This document shows, in pieces, positions 8,128 to 18,926 of a stretch of 26,026 nucleotides of DNA (position 1 is the stretch's first letter; each line of letters opens with the position of its first letter). The translations under genes were made by a program, and so were the position numbers. The notes under the pieces were generated by a model. The model made no database searches. It saw nothing but the letters and a program-made list of their open reading frames with translations, and was not told the origin of the DNA. This DNA comes from Caecitellus pseudoparvulus (lineage: Eukaryota; Protista; Bigyra: Bicosoecida), in the NCBI GenBank assembly GCA_965644315.1, contig CBFFRQ010000021.1, positions 1 to 26,026 on the forward strand. Reading direction: 5' to 3'.

Positions 8128-10479
8128 TTAGTCTGTGCTTGGGGCCTGGGGCTGAATCAAGTCTTTCAAGCCCTCAAACTTGGCTGCTTGCTGCCGCACA
8201 GTGTCTGGGATCCTGCGATGCCCAGTGAGGCCCAGCAGCTCACGCACGATGTCTATACGGCCATTGATACATGCGCCTCGGAAGGCGGCCTCGGGTCCAC
8301 GCCTATCCGCCGCGTGCACATCCACCTCCCGCGCCCCAGTGAGGCCCAGCAGCTCACGCACGATGTCTGTGCAGCCCCAGCGGCATGCTCCTCGGAAGCC
8401 AGCCTCAGGTCCAGACCCATCCGCCGCATGCACATCCACCTCCCGCGCCCCAGTCAGGCCCAACAGCTCACGCACGATGTCTGTACGGCCATGGAGGCAT
8501 GCGCCTCGGAAGCCAGCCTCAGGTCCAGACCCATCCGCCGCATGCACATCCACCTCCCGCGCCCCAGTCAGGCCCAACAGCTCACGCACGATGTCTGTGC
8601 GGCCCCTGGCGCATGCCACTCGGAAAGCGGCCTCAGGGCCCTGTCTGCAAACCCCTGGCCGGATCTCAACACTTCCTTCCTCATGCACATCCACTGCCTC
8701 ATCCCCCGTCAATGCCAGCAGCTCGCGCACTCTCGCAAGCTCCCCATCTTTGCACGCTTCCACAAACGCTGTGGTGTTCTCCTCACTGAACTTCACTTGC
8801 TTGGCAGCAATTTCCAACTCTGTAGCCGGTACAGCCTCTGCGTCAGCTGTCTCCGCCTGACCCGCCGCACCAGCTGCCTGCTCCTCATCAAGCATACATC
8901 GCACAGCACTTTCCACACCTTCCAGATGACCCAAGTCACCCCCACTTCCTTCACACGCCATCGCATATGCACCCATGCAGCAACCACTCCTTCCCCGCGC
9001 CAACACCTCCAACGCACTCGACAGTGCATGCTCATCACCTTCACTGCTCCCCACAAAGCTCGACCCAACGCCCGATCCGCCACCCATCGCACCACCGTCC
9101 ACATCAAGCACCTCACGCAGCACACTCAACACACCACCACCCTCACCACTGCCGCCATCCCAGTGACCAGTGCCCCACACTCTGCCACATGCACTCAACA
9201 CCACCTCGCACCCACCCCCATCCAGTGCCCCCACCAGATCACCCACACTGCCACTCCCCACACCCACCATCACGAAGCTCCCTACACCCACACCACTCAG
9301 ACTCACTCCACACGCCTCCGCCACAGCACACACACCCAGCACCCTCACAGCCACCCGCTGCTTCACATCCAGCCCAACATCGCCCCACGCTTCATCCTCC
9401 AGGAACACTCTTAACGGCCAACCCGCCTCACACTGCACCTGCACTGTGACACTGCTCCTCTCGCCAACCGGCTCATCAGCCCTGCCTGCTGTGCTGCTGT
9501 GTGCCAGTGCTGCTCTGCGTGGAGTCTGCGCCATCCGCGGCAGGCCATGGGCGATGCGAGTCGCTTCGCCACGCTTCACAGCGCCAACACTCGTGGCAAG
9601 CGCCCTCGCACCCGCCTCCACCTTTGCTGTCCACTGCTCCACATCCCCAGCTCCACCCACATCCTCATCCACGATCTCGCTCCGCCCACTGTACACACTC
9701 ACATCCTTGCCGTTCAGGCACTCCAAGCCGCCCGACAAGTCCAAGCCACCCACAGCCCTCACCTTCCGACCACTCATCACCGGCGCACACCCCAGCAGCC
9801 CACGCAGCTCCCCCACTGCACTCGCAGCACACTCCAAGTGCTCCGCAGCACTCTCACTCCTCAGCTCCCCTGCCGCCTCGCCTCGCAGCCACTCAGCCTG
9901 CTGACGCATGCCAGCCAGAGCCGCATCCGCCGCTGCCTCGCCACCGGCATCATGTGTGAGTGGGCCACCCTCACCAGCCACATCCACATCCGCCCCCTCG
10001 AAGCCTTGCCACCATCGCGTCAGATCTGCCAGCGCACCCTCCACGTTCACACCGGCCCGCACACTGCCCCAAGCACCCACAATGGCGCCCCACAGTGCGT
10101 CGCCCACCGGCACTGCATCAACACTCACGCCAGATGCCGCCTGATGCAGCACATCCACCGCGCAGAAGCACCGAAACGACAGGTACTGCAGCGCAGCACA
10201 CACACCACCTCGCTCATGCTGCCCCACCAGCAGCCCAGCCTGCTCCAACAGCGCACTCCCCGCATCACGCAGTGCAGCCTCCAGCTCCACCAGGCTCATG
10301 GCCGCTGGGGCGTCGCCTGTAACAGGCGCTTCGCCACGCCCAATGGCTGCAAGTCCTCTCAGTGCTGGGCCGTGGTCCATGACGCTGCCCGGCAAGCACT
10401 TCATCTTGCGCAAGCATGCCGCCACCGCCTCAGCCTGTATGTCGTCGACGCCTGCAGTGGGCGCTGCACTACCGTCCAT
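8128..10479 (-). CDS. Ankyrin-repeat protein copy 2 (about 783 aa from ATG 10479; ORF extends to 10608); cap plus 4 repeats
   Basis: Uninterrupted ORF paralogous to copy 1, with a short C-terminal extension QPQAPSTD. Confidence 0.9.
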   Translation of the reverse strand: MDGSAAPTAGVDDIQAEAVAACLRKMKCLPGSVMDHGPALRGLAAIGRGEAPVTGDAPAAMSLVELEAALRDAGSALLEQAGLLVGQHERGGVCAALQYLSFRCFCAVDVLHQAASGVSVDAVPVGDALWGAIVGAWGSVRAGVNVEGALADLTRWWQGFEGADVDVAGEGGPLTHDAGGEAAADAALAGMRQQAEWLRGEAAGELRSESAAEHLECAASAVGELRGLLGCAPVMSGRKVRAVGGLDLSGGLECLNGKDVSVYSGRSEIVDEDVGGAGDVEQWTAKVEAGARALATSVGAVKRGEATRIAHGLPRMAQTPRRAALAHSSTAGRADEPVGERSSVTVQVQCEAGWPLRVFLEDEAWGDVGLDVKQRVAVRVLGVCAVAEACGVSLSGVGVGSFVMVGVGSGSVGDLVGALDGGGCEVVLSACGRVWGTGHWDGGSGEGGGVLSVLREVLDVDGGAMGGGSGVGSSFVGSSEGDEHALSSALEVLARGRSGCCMGAYAMACEGSGGDLGHLEGVESAVRCMLDEEQAAGAAGQAETADAEAVPATELEIAAKQVKFSEENTTAFVEACKDGELARVRELLALTGDEAVDVHEEGSVEIRPGVCRQGPEAAFRVACARGRTDIVRELLGLTGAREVDVHAADGSGPEAGFRGACLHGRTDIVRELLGLTGAREVDVHAADGSGPEAGFRGACRWGCTDIVRELLGLTGAREVDVHAADRRGPEAAFRGACINGRIDIVRELLGLTGHRRIPDTVRQQAAKFEGLKDLIQPQAPSTD
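8221..8765 (-). repeat. 114-bp coding tandem repeat array, copy 2 (4 units plus cap)
   Basis: Same 114-bp unit. Confidence 0.93.
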
Positions 10480-11217
10480 GGCTTGTCCTGTTGCTGCTGC
10501 CTGTGGCGTCGGGGAGGGGCAGGGCGCTGTGTGCTGTGGTTTGTGTGCGACACGCTTTGTCGCAAGTGCTGGCGAAAGCGAGGTGCCATGCCCACACCCA
10601 CGCACCATGGCGATGGAGAGTAGGGGATCTTGCCAAGTGTGGCAGTGCTACGTAGGTGGATCCTGTGGGGTGGATGCAGTGGGCAGGGTGTGTTGGTGTG
10701 GCGGGGAGGCGCTGTCGCAGCTGACGTGCGAGGGAGCAACTTCCGCACTTGCACCAGTGCAAGCTCACCTGTGGCGGCCAGAAGTGGAGACAAGGCACAA
10801 TGCACGCTGATGTGCAAATGTCCCGTGACATCACAGGTGTTTGGGATACAAATGAGGTGCATTTTGGTGGCAGGCATCTCAAATGTGTCCCGCTCCGCTC
10901 GATGCGGTGCGCATCATCTCAGCAAGAAAGGTGCGGAACTAGCTATCTGGACATCCGCAAGATCCCCGTTCGAGTGCTGACGGGAGCTGCGCCAAGGCGC
11001 GGAGTGCGATGGAGGGGGTCGACTCGTGCGCTCCGAGCAGCGCTGTCCGTGCACGGCACTGGACGGGGCAAAACCGCCCGCTTTGCTGTGCCCGCACTTA
11101 TGCGTGTAAGGGTTGCGGCCTTGTCGTGTCTGGCAGTGTGGCTCCGTCACGCTTCCTTGCCCACTCGATATTCATTGGCGTGGTGGCGATTGCTCTGTCC
11201 CAAGCCACAACAAAGCC

Positions 11218-11642
11218 ATGGCGCTGTCCAGCGCCTCCATGGGGGCACCCGTCTTCCAGCTGGTGCCCCTTGCAGGTGGTACTCTGGCTGTTTCAGGCGG
11301 TGGCAGCTCCAAGACTGGCATTGAGAATGCCCTGGTGCGCAGGCGGCCATTCGACCGCTGCGGGTGGCGTGCAATTTCCGCAACCGCCGCTGCTGTGCTC
11401 CGCAGACCATGGTGCACGTGGAGAACACTGGCACCAACAAAGTGGAGCTGGCGAAAGGCACTGCGTTCCTCTCGGGCAGCACCTTCATCACGCACGTGGC
11501 AGTGTCGGAGGACGTGCGTGCCGGCGCAGCCGACGTGGCAACCACATTGGCACCTTCCTCGGCGACTTTCGCAGGGCAAGCGCGTGGCAGGGGCGGCTGG
11601 AGACAGCATCGTCGTGTTCAACCGCGACGGCGACAGCGGCAG
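11218..11642 (+). pseudogene. SEC12: SEC12/PREB-like 5' fragment, copy C; exons 11218-11334, 11406-11513, 11575-11642
   Basis: Colinear with copy A at offset 10200; splice sites conserved. Confidence 0.7.
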
Positions 11643-11654
11643 GTACGGGAGCCG

Positions 11655-12650
11655 GCAGCCAGGTGGCTGGGCGCCGCCCTGAACACCGTGGCAGTGGCGA
11701 GTGTGGGGAGCTGCCCCCCACCGCCTGGCGTGGCGGCGTGGCTGGCTGGGGATGAGCGCCTGTTCGGCGTGGCCCGGGCAGCCTGTGTGCAGCTGGCGGA
11801 CGGGGCGCTGAGCAGGGAGCAGGGCACGGCTTTGGCGCGGGTGCTGATGTTAACGGCGGTGGGGCTGTCCGCCACGACGCCGCCCAGCTCCCGCAACACC
11901 ACCCCGCCCCACCTCGCCGAGCGCACTGCTCGCTTGGCCGGCAAGTCCACCCTGCTCGTGGGTGGCGTGGAGGTGGTGGGCGGCAAGGCGGTGCAGCGTG
12001 ACAGTCCGCCCTCCACACACACCGCCCGAGTTGACGACGGCGGCGGTGCGCGGGACCCGCTGTTCTGGCTGCTGCAGCGCCTCAGCAACACGGCAGTGCA
12101 CAAGGGCTGACCGGCGGCCACCACGGCGCTGAACGTGTTCGGGGCCATGGCTGGGCAGCTGCCGCAAGCGGACCTGCAGCGGTACGTGGTGCCGGTGGCA
12201 CGGGCAGTGTTCCGCACTGTGCAGGCGGCAGAGCACGTGGCCAGCGACCCCCGCCTGGCCGACGCACCATCCTGTTCAGAGCAGGCTCAGCAGGCGGCCG
12301 CTGCAGTGGAGGCAGGCACCTTGGCGTCGGAGGTCATGGAGGGTGTGCAGGGTGCCGTGGGCGCAGATGTGTTCCTGACGGCTTACAACGGCGAGCGGTG
12401 GGCCAGGGCGGCGGTGAAGGAGCGGCGGGCGAAGCAGGTGGCGCAGGAGGCGGTGGTGAACCCGGCAGCAGCTGCAGCACGCCGGAGTCGGAAGGCTCAG
12501 GCGAAGAAGCGCCATGTGGCGATGCGCATGGGCAAGGTGAAGGTGCTGCGAGGCGGTGGTGGGAAGGGCAGGAAGCGGGTGTGGGAGGCGTTGGTGCGGT
12601 GCGGAGGGGAGTGCAGTGGAGAAGGAGGTGTGGCAGGTGTGCTGGTCTGA
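11655..12650 (+). pseudogene. UTP20: UTP20-like C-terminal fragment, copy C, premature stop
   Basis: In-frame TGA at 12108-12110; homology continues in ORF 12135-12650. Confidence 0.7.
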
Positions 12651-12703
12651 GGTGCGTGCCAGGTTTGTCGAATGGTGCATTGGTCTGTGCTTGAAGCCTG
12701 GGA

Positions 12704-14447
12704 TCAAATCAAGTCCTTCAAGCTCTCAAACTTGGTGGCTTCCTGTCGCACGCTGTCTGGGATCCTGCGATGCCCAGTGAGGCCCAGCAGCTCACGCACG
12801 ATGTCTGTGTGGCCATTCTCGCATGCCCATCGGAAGCCGGCCTCAGGTCCACCCTCATCCGCCGCATGCACATCCACCTCCCGCGCCCCAGTGAGGCCCA
12901 ACAGCTCACGCACGATGTCTGTATAGCCATTGTGGCATGCCAGTCGGAAGCCAGCCTCAGGTCCATCCTCATCCGCCGCGTGCACATCCACCTCCCGCGC
13001 CCCAGTCAGGCCCAGCAGCTCACGCACGACATCTGTGCGGCCATTGTAGCATGCCAATCGAAAGCCAGCCTCAGGTCCAGCCCGATCCGCCACATGCACA
13101 TCCACTTCCCGCGCCCCAGTGAGATCCAGCAGCTCACGCACGATGTCTGTGTGGCCCCAGCGGCATGCCAGCCGGAAGGCGGCCTCAGGTCCATCCCCAT
13201 CCGCCGCATGCACATCCACCTCCCGCGCACCAGTGAGGCCCAACAGCTCACGCACGACATCTGTGCGGCCATTGTAGCATGCCCATCGGAAGGCGGCCTC
13301 AGGTCCACCCCAAGTCGCCGCATGCACATCGACTTCCCGCGCCCCAGTCAGGCCCAGCAGCTCACGCACGATGTCTGTATGGCCATTGTGGCATGCCAGC
13401 CGGAAGCCAGCCTCAGGTCCATCCCCATCCGCCGCATGCACATCCACCTCCCGCGCCCCGCTCAGGCCCAACAGCTCACGCACAATGTCTGTGCGGCCAT
13501 AGCGGCATGCCCATCGGAAGCCGGCCTCAGGTCCACCCTCATCCGCCGCGTGCACATCCACTTCCCGCGCCCCAGTCAGGCCCAGCAGCTCACGCACGAT
13601 GTCTGTGTGGCCATTGACGCATGCCCATCGGAAGCCAGCCTCGGGTCCATCCCCATCCGCCGCGTGCACATCCACCTCCCGCGCACCAGTGAGGCCCAGC
13701 AGCTCACGCACGACATCTGTGCGGCCCCAGCGGCATGCCTCTCGAAAGGCGGCCTCGGGTCCATCCCCATCCGCCGCATGCACATCCACCTCCCGCGCCC
13801 CAGTCAGACCCAGCAGCTCACGCACGATGTCTGTGCGGCCATCGCCGCATGCCCATCGGAAGGCAGCCTCACGGCCATTGCTGGTGCGCCCAATCAAGTC
13901 CACAACACATCCTTCCGCATGTATATTCACTGCCTCATCCCCCGTCAATGACAGCAACTCGCGCACTCTCGCAAGCTCCCCATCCTTGCACGCTTCCACA
14001 AACGCTGTGGTGCTCTCCTCGCTGAACGTCACTTGCTCGGCAGCAATCTCCGACTCTGTAGCCGGTACAGCCTCAGCTTGAGCTGTCTCCGCCTGACCTG
14101 CCGCAGCAGCTGCCTGCTCACCATCAAGCACACTCCGCACAGCACTTTCCACACCTGACAAACGCCCCACTCCACCCCCACTTCCTTCACATGCCATCGC
14201 ATATGCACCCATGCAGCAACCACTCCCTCCCCTCCCCAACACCTCCAACGCGCTCGTCAGTTCAAGCTTAACACCTTCACCGCTGCCCACGAAGCTTGAC
14301 CCAACGCTCGAGTCGCCACCCATCGCACCACCTCCCACACCAAGCACCTCACGCAGCACACCTAACACACCGCCACCCTCATCACCACAGCAGCCGCCGT
14401 CAGAGCTACCTGTGCCCCACACACCGCCACATGCACTCAACACCACC
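12704..14447 (-). pseudogene. Ankyrin-repeat gene copy 3, 3' part (cap plus 10 repeats), separated from its 5' part by the retrotransposon
   Basis: Homology to the paralogues resumes at VVLSACGGVWG. Deleting 14448-20271 rejoins it in frame with 20272-21545 (about 1005 aa). Confidence 0.9.
12771..14000 (-). repeat. 114-bp coding tandem repeat array, copy 3 (10 units plus cap)
   Basis: Same 114-bp unit. Confidence 0.93.
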
Positions 14448-14621
14448 GAGGTTGCCGGCACCCCAGCCGGCAACCATGTTTCCCGGCAGGAGGGGCGGCG
14501 GGCAGTCCCACGCTAGTGGCACAATTGTCCCCCGCCGCCCCAACGCAGAGTAGACGACGGCAGGACCGGGCATGACAAAACCAGTCATTAGCCGGCCTCG
14601 TCACTCTCTTTCCTTTTTTTT
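14448..14621 (+). repeat. Split direct repeat A1 (174 bp)
   Basis: Identical by eye to 19934-20107; ends in an oligo-T tract. Confidence 0.95.
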
Positions 14622-14625
14622 CGAG

Positions 14626-16708
14626 ATGGCATCGGATGATCCAGCTTCCAGCGACACGGAGGGCGGAAGCTGGGAGGACATCCACGACAAAATGATGTCT
14701 GTCAACTCCGCCAAGCAAGCCAAGGCGCTCATAACGGAGCAGGAGTTCGAGTACTGGCTGAAGTGGGCGGATTCTGAGGATTTTGGTAAGATGGAGGCCG
14801 CTTGGCGCCTCCGGGAGGTGCCCGAGGGATTCCGGGCAGATCGCATGCGATCCCTCATTGCGGGCAGAGCTTTCCGCCTCCCCGCTGACGGTGCCCCTCA
14901 TCGCGCAGGCGGCTCACCACGGGGGCACGGCACGAAGCGAACCCGTCCGCGCGGTGCGAGCAGTGGCACGCCCTACGGCCCGCACCTACCCCCGCGCCCG
15001 ACCCAGCCGGACGCAGTCGCAGGCGACCTCCCGCAAGATCCCGCCACAGTGCTTACGTGGTTCCTGCAGAGGGGAGCGACGGTGCCGAGCGAGGACGTCG
15101 CCGTGCAGCTGCAGTTCTACGTGGGCTTGGCAACGGAGGAGACATCGCCGTACGCCCTCTCCGCTTGGCCTCCACGGCGCTTCGCCGCATGGTGCAGACT
15201 CAACGGTATTCCCCCCGACCTCACCCCCGACGACATCGTGATGCATTTGCAGCGGGTCCTGGAGGCCGCGCTGGCGGGCGACGACGACTTTGGCGACGAC
15301 GATGCCGGCGCCCCGTTCTTTCCCGTTTTCCCGGGCACCACACCGGATGCCGCCCGGTTACAGCCCCGTGCGGCGGCCCCGGGTCACCCCCCGGCCTCCA
15401 AGAGGCACAGGGCGGCCTATAGCCCGCAGCCCCCCTCCCCCGTGGGGCGGCGGAGCCTCGCCGGCAGTCCACCCCGAAGGCGGGTCGGCTGTTTTCGGTC
15501 ACATGGGGGAGAACAGCGGTCGGTCGTCGCCAGCCGACGAGGTACTGGTCACTGTAGGCGCGCTGCGGGTCATTGGGCCGACCGCACACCCCTCGTCGGC
15601 GGTGGCCCGGGACCGCCTGTCAGCCTTGGGGGCAGTTTTCGCTGCGGGGACCACAGACGCCTTGACCACGGTGGCTGTCGAGATGGCTGAGGCTGCTGCA
15701 CGAGAGGTGCCCGCAGCAACGGGCCCAGTGCCGTCAGGTACGTTCCTGTCCCGCCAGCTCCCCCCCCACTCGCCCCGCGTGCCCGCTCCCGGCGACCCGT
15801 CCTGGCTCACAGCCCCCGGCGATGAGGTAGCCCCGCCGTCCGCGTCGGTCATGATGGACGACGCTATGGACGTAGTGACTGCTGTACGCCTGGTGCAAGG
15901 GAGGGTGGAAGTTACAGTTGACCCAACCCATCTAGTGGCAGTAACTGGGGCGGGTGCCCTGTCGGCATGCCACATGCTGGGCAACCGTGGGGGCGCTTGG
16001 TGGCTTGCTGCGATGACCAGGGACTTGCTGACGGCGCCTTCCGACGACCTCCACCGCTCCCTCCGAGCGTTCTGGTGGAAGTGGGCGTCCGAGGTGCCCG
16101 CCCTGGCAGACCAGCGGGGCCTGTGCCGAGCCATGGCGTGCGCACTCCTGATCACAATCGCAGTGCGGGCCGTGGCGCAGACCGCCGCTGCGTTGCCCGA
16201 AGGCCAGCGCAGGCGATGGGCCCAGCTGACGTGGGCCTCCTGGGTGGCCACGTTCCGCACTAACGCCACCATTGTCATGATGGCGTCGGCGACGGGGCAA
16301 GCACTGGTGGCCAGCTCGCTGGCGCGCGAGGCATGGGCGGCCGGGGCCGCCGCCACACCGATGCCAGGTGCGGGGGGCGGCCCGGCGCAAACCCCCGCTC
16401 GTGGCCCTCCCGCGGGGCTGTACCGGCAGGACGACCCGAGCACATTCGTGTGGTGCCCCGGGTGCGTCGGATCCGACCGGCGGCGCCGGTCGCTGGCATC
16501 CTGCCCACGCCTGGCCCAGCATGTGGCCCACCTGCGCCGGACCCACACAGTCGGAGGTAAGCCCGCAGAACTTACCCAGGCGCAGGCAGTGGCCATGCTG
16601 GTGCGCCAGTGGGAGCGGAAGGTGGCATCCAAGGGACGTGACTTCCAGCGGCGCATGCAGCCCCGCGCTGTCACCACGGCCATGGTGGAGGCAGCTCTCA
16701 GCCTCTAG
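14626..16708 (+). CDS. ORF1, gag-like, split by a frame change near 15430-15441
   Basis: First position in the element, ATG just after A1 (MASDDPAS...). Continues in ORF 15290-16708 with a Cys/His cluster WCPGC..C..QHVAHLRRTH. Function inferred from position only. Confidence 0.55.
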
Positions 16709-16711
16709 GAG

Positions 16712-18926
16712 GTGGGCCGGAGCGCGGTGGTGAGAGCGACCACGGGGTACCGGGCCGTGCCCGTGGAGTGGAGGGCTGCCGCCCCGCTCTCGACAGACCA
16801 CCGCGCCATGGCCGTGCTCATCGAATCAATGGTCCAGCAGCTGCATGGGGACCGTTGTTGGACTCCACCGGGGCTCTTCGAGGACATCTTGCGTGGGGGC
16901 TTGGACTGGGGCCCCCACCCCGTGGTCTCATACTGGGGTTGCCAGGAGGCCCACGCTGACGTGTGTCCCGCATGCGGCGAGACCACTTCCAGATTACGGC
17001 AGCTTGAGCGGTGCGCAGCCATGCGACTGCTCACCGTGGTCACGCTGCGCGGGTGGGACCCCGCTTGGCTGCTGTTCCGCCGCCCCCCGGCAGCGGCATC
17101 CCCGTCCTCGGCATACGTGCTGCAGCCGCACGACGAGCGGGCGGTGGCAGCGGCCTATGACGCCTTCGCGGCTGCGCGCGTGCTGCAGCCGGTCACCCCC
17201 AGCAGCTGCAGCAGCACCGAAAGATGGGGGGGCCAGCCGCTTCTGCCTTCGTTGTCACGACATGGGCCCCCCAGCCGGGCGTCAGCGACGAAGCTCTGCG
17301 ACAGTGGGCTGCTGCGAACCCAGGCGAGGCGGTGCAGGCCGCCAGCTCTTCCCGCGCGCCCGCCCGCCCGAGCCGCCTGTTCCGGGCCAAGCAGCGGGTG
17401 GTGTACGATCTGGCAGCCGTCAACCAGGCCTCAGTGAGCCCCCCATTCCACTACCCCACGCTGGAGAGCTGGGCGCTGCGCCTCCCGCCGAACTCGGACT
17501 GTGTTGTCCTGGACGTGGAAGCAGGGTACACGGCCATCCCCATCGCTCCGTCGGGCGCCGGACTGTTCACCATGCTCGCCCAGGGCAGGCCAGCCTTCCG
17601 CATGCTTCGGATGGCCTTCGGGTACAGCCCGGCCGGGGCCATTTTCTGCTTTTTTTCTGGACTTCTGGGCGCCAAGATCGAAGCGGCGTTCCCAGCAGGG
17701 CATGTGGTTGTGTACGTAGACGACGTCGGGCTTGGGGGAGCTACGTTGGGGCCACGGCCATCGATCGTGCCCAAGATAACTCAACTGTTCGAGGACGTGG
17801 GCTTCCGGGTGTCGCGCAAGAAGACGCAAGGGCCACAGCGCGTCGTTCAGTACTTGGGGATGGTGGTCAGGTGTGCCCCGTGTGGGGTGTACCTTGAGTG
17901 TCCTCAAGCCAAACGAACTCAGCTGCGGTGGCAGCTGGCCGCGGTCCTTAATCGCCTCGGCGCTTGCTCCACCATCCCCAAGCGCGTTTTCGCCGCGGTC
18001 ACAGGGCGCTTGCACGGCCTGTCGGCCGTGGTGCCCCACGCAAAACAAACGCTGTCGCTCTTGTACGACACCATGCGCACACACAAGTACCGCGTCGGCC
18101 CCCCGGCGCTCTCGTGCCTGTCCCCCCGGCGTCGCACGGGGCCCTGCGGACCCTCCTTGAGGCCCTCGGTGGGCCGTTATCGACGGGCCCGATGCGCCCG
18201 CTCTCCCCACTGTCAAGCAGGTGGCGCGCCGCCCTCTTTGGCTCGTGCGACGCGTCGGGGGAAGGCGGGCTGGGGGCAACAGTGTCGAGGTGGGCAGGGC
18301 CAGGAGAACGCACAGACTCCGCTTGGTACGCGTCCATGCGCATCCCCGGCACAGCCCCGGGCGAGGAGCTCGTGGGAGCCTCCACGATGCTGGAGCTGTA
18401 CGCAATCGCCTTGGCTATGGCAATGGCGCGGCATGTTTTTCCCGAGCCGGGGCCGCTGCTGCTATGCCTAGCTGCGGACAGCCAGGCAGCGGTGGCGCTG
18501 GCGCGACGAGGGTACAGCAAGCACAGCCGTGAACTCACGCGCGTCTGCGGGGTCCTCGAGCGGGTTTCCCGCGTTTTGGACGTCCACTTGGCGCCTCGGT
18601 GGATCCCGAGGAGCCTGAATTGGCGGGCGGACGCCCTCAGCCACCCCGAAAGGGTGGATAGCAGCACACCGGCAGCGCTCGGCCTCCCGCCAGGGCAACC
18701 AGCCGAGCTGGAGGTATCAGCAGGGGGAAGCAGCGCCGCTGAGCGGTGGCATGATGTGTCCCTAGACGTAGGGCCGTCGGGAAAGGCCGGGGCGGGCACC
18801 GCGTGGATTCACTCAGCTCAACTCTCCGTCGCCCTGCACAGACACACTCTGGATAAGGAAGCAGACCTTCTGGCAGATGATCAGGGCCATCCCCGCGTCC
18901 CCGATCAGCAGGATTCACCAACATAG
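16712..18926 (+). CDS. pol: Pol: DIRS-type reverse transcriptase plus RNase H, with frame changes near 17200 and 18104
   Basis: RT motifs KQRVVYDLAAVN, LDVEAGYTAIPI, MAFGYSPA, YVDD, GFRVSRKKT, YLGMVV. RNase H D-E-D-D residues in CDAS, LELYAI, ADSQAAV, NWRADALS. Start uncertain (GTG 16712 or ATG 16808). Confidence 0.9.

Noticed and set aside
14572-14625. ATG 14572 as the ORF1 start
   Set aside because: It lies inside structured repeat A and its frame depends on T-tract length, so ATG 14626 is preferred.
16712-18926. Diversity-generating retroelement (an RT beside hypervariable repeats)
   Set aside because: The RT is DIRS-type with RNase H and YR, inside a mobile element that disrupts one target gene. 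I see no non-coding template repeat and no evident adenine-restricted variation. The adjacency looks incidental.
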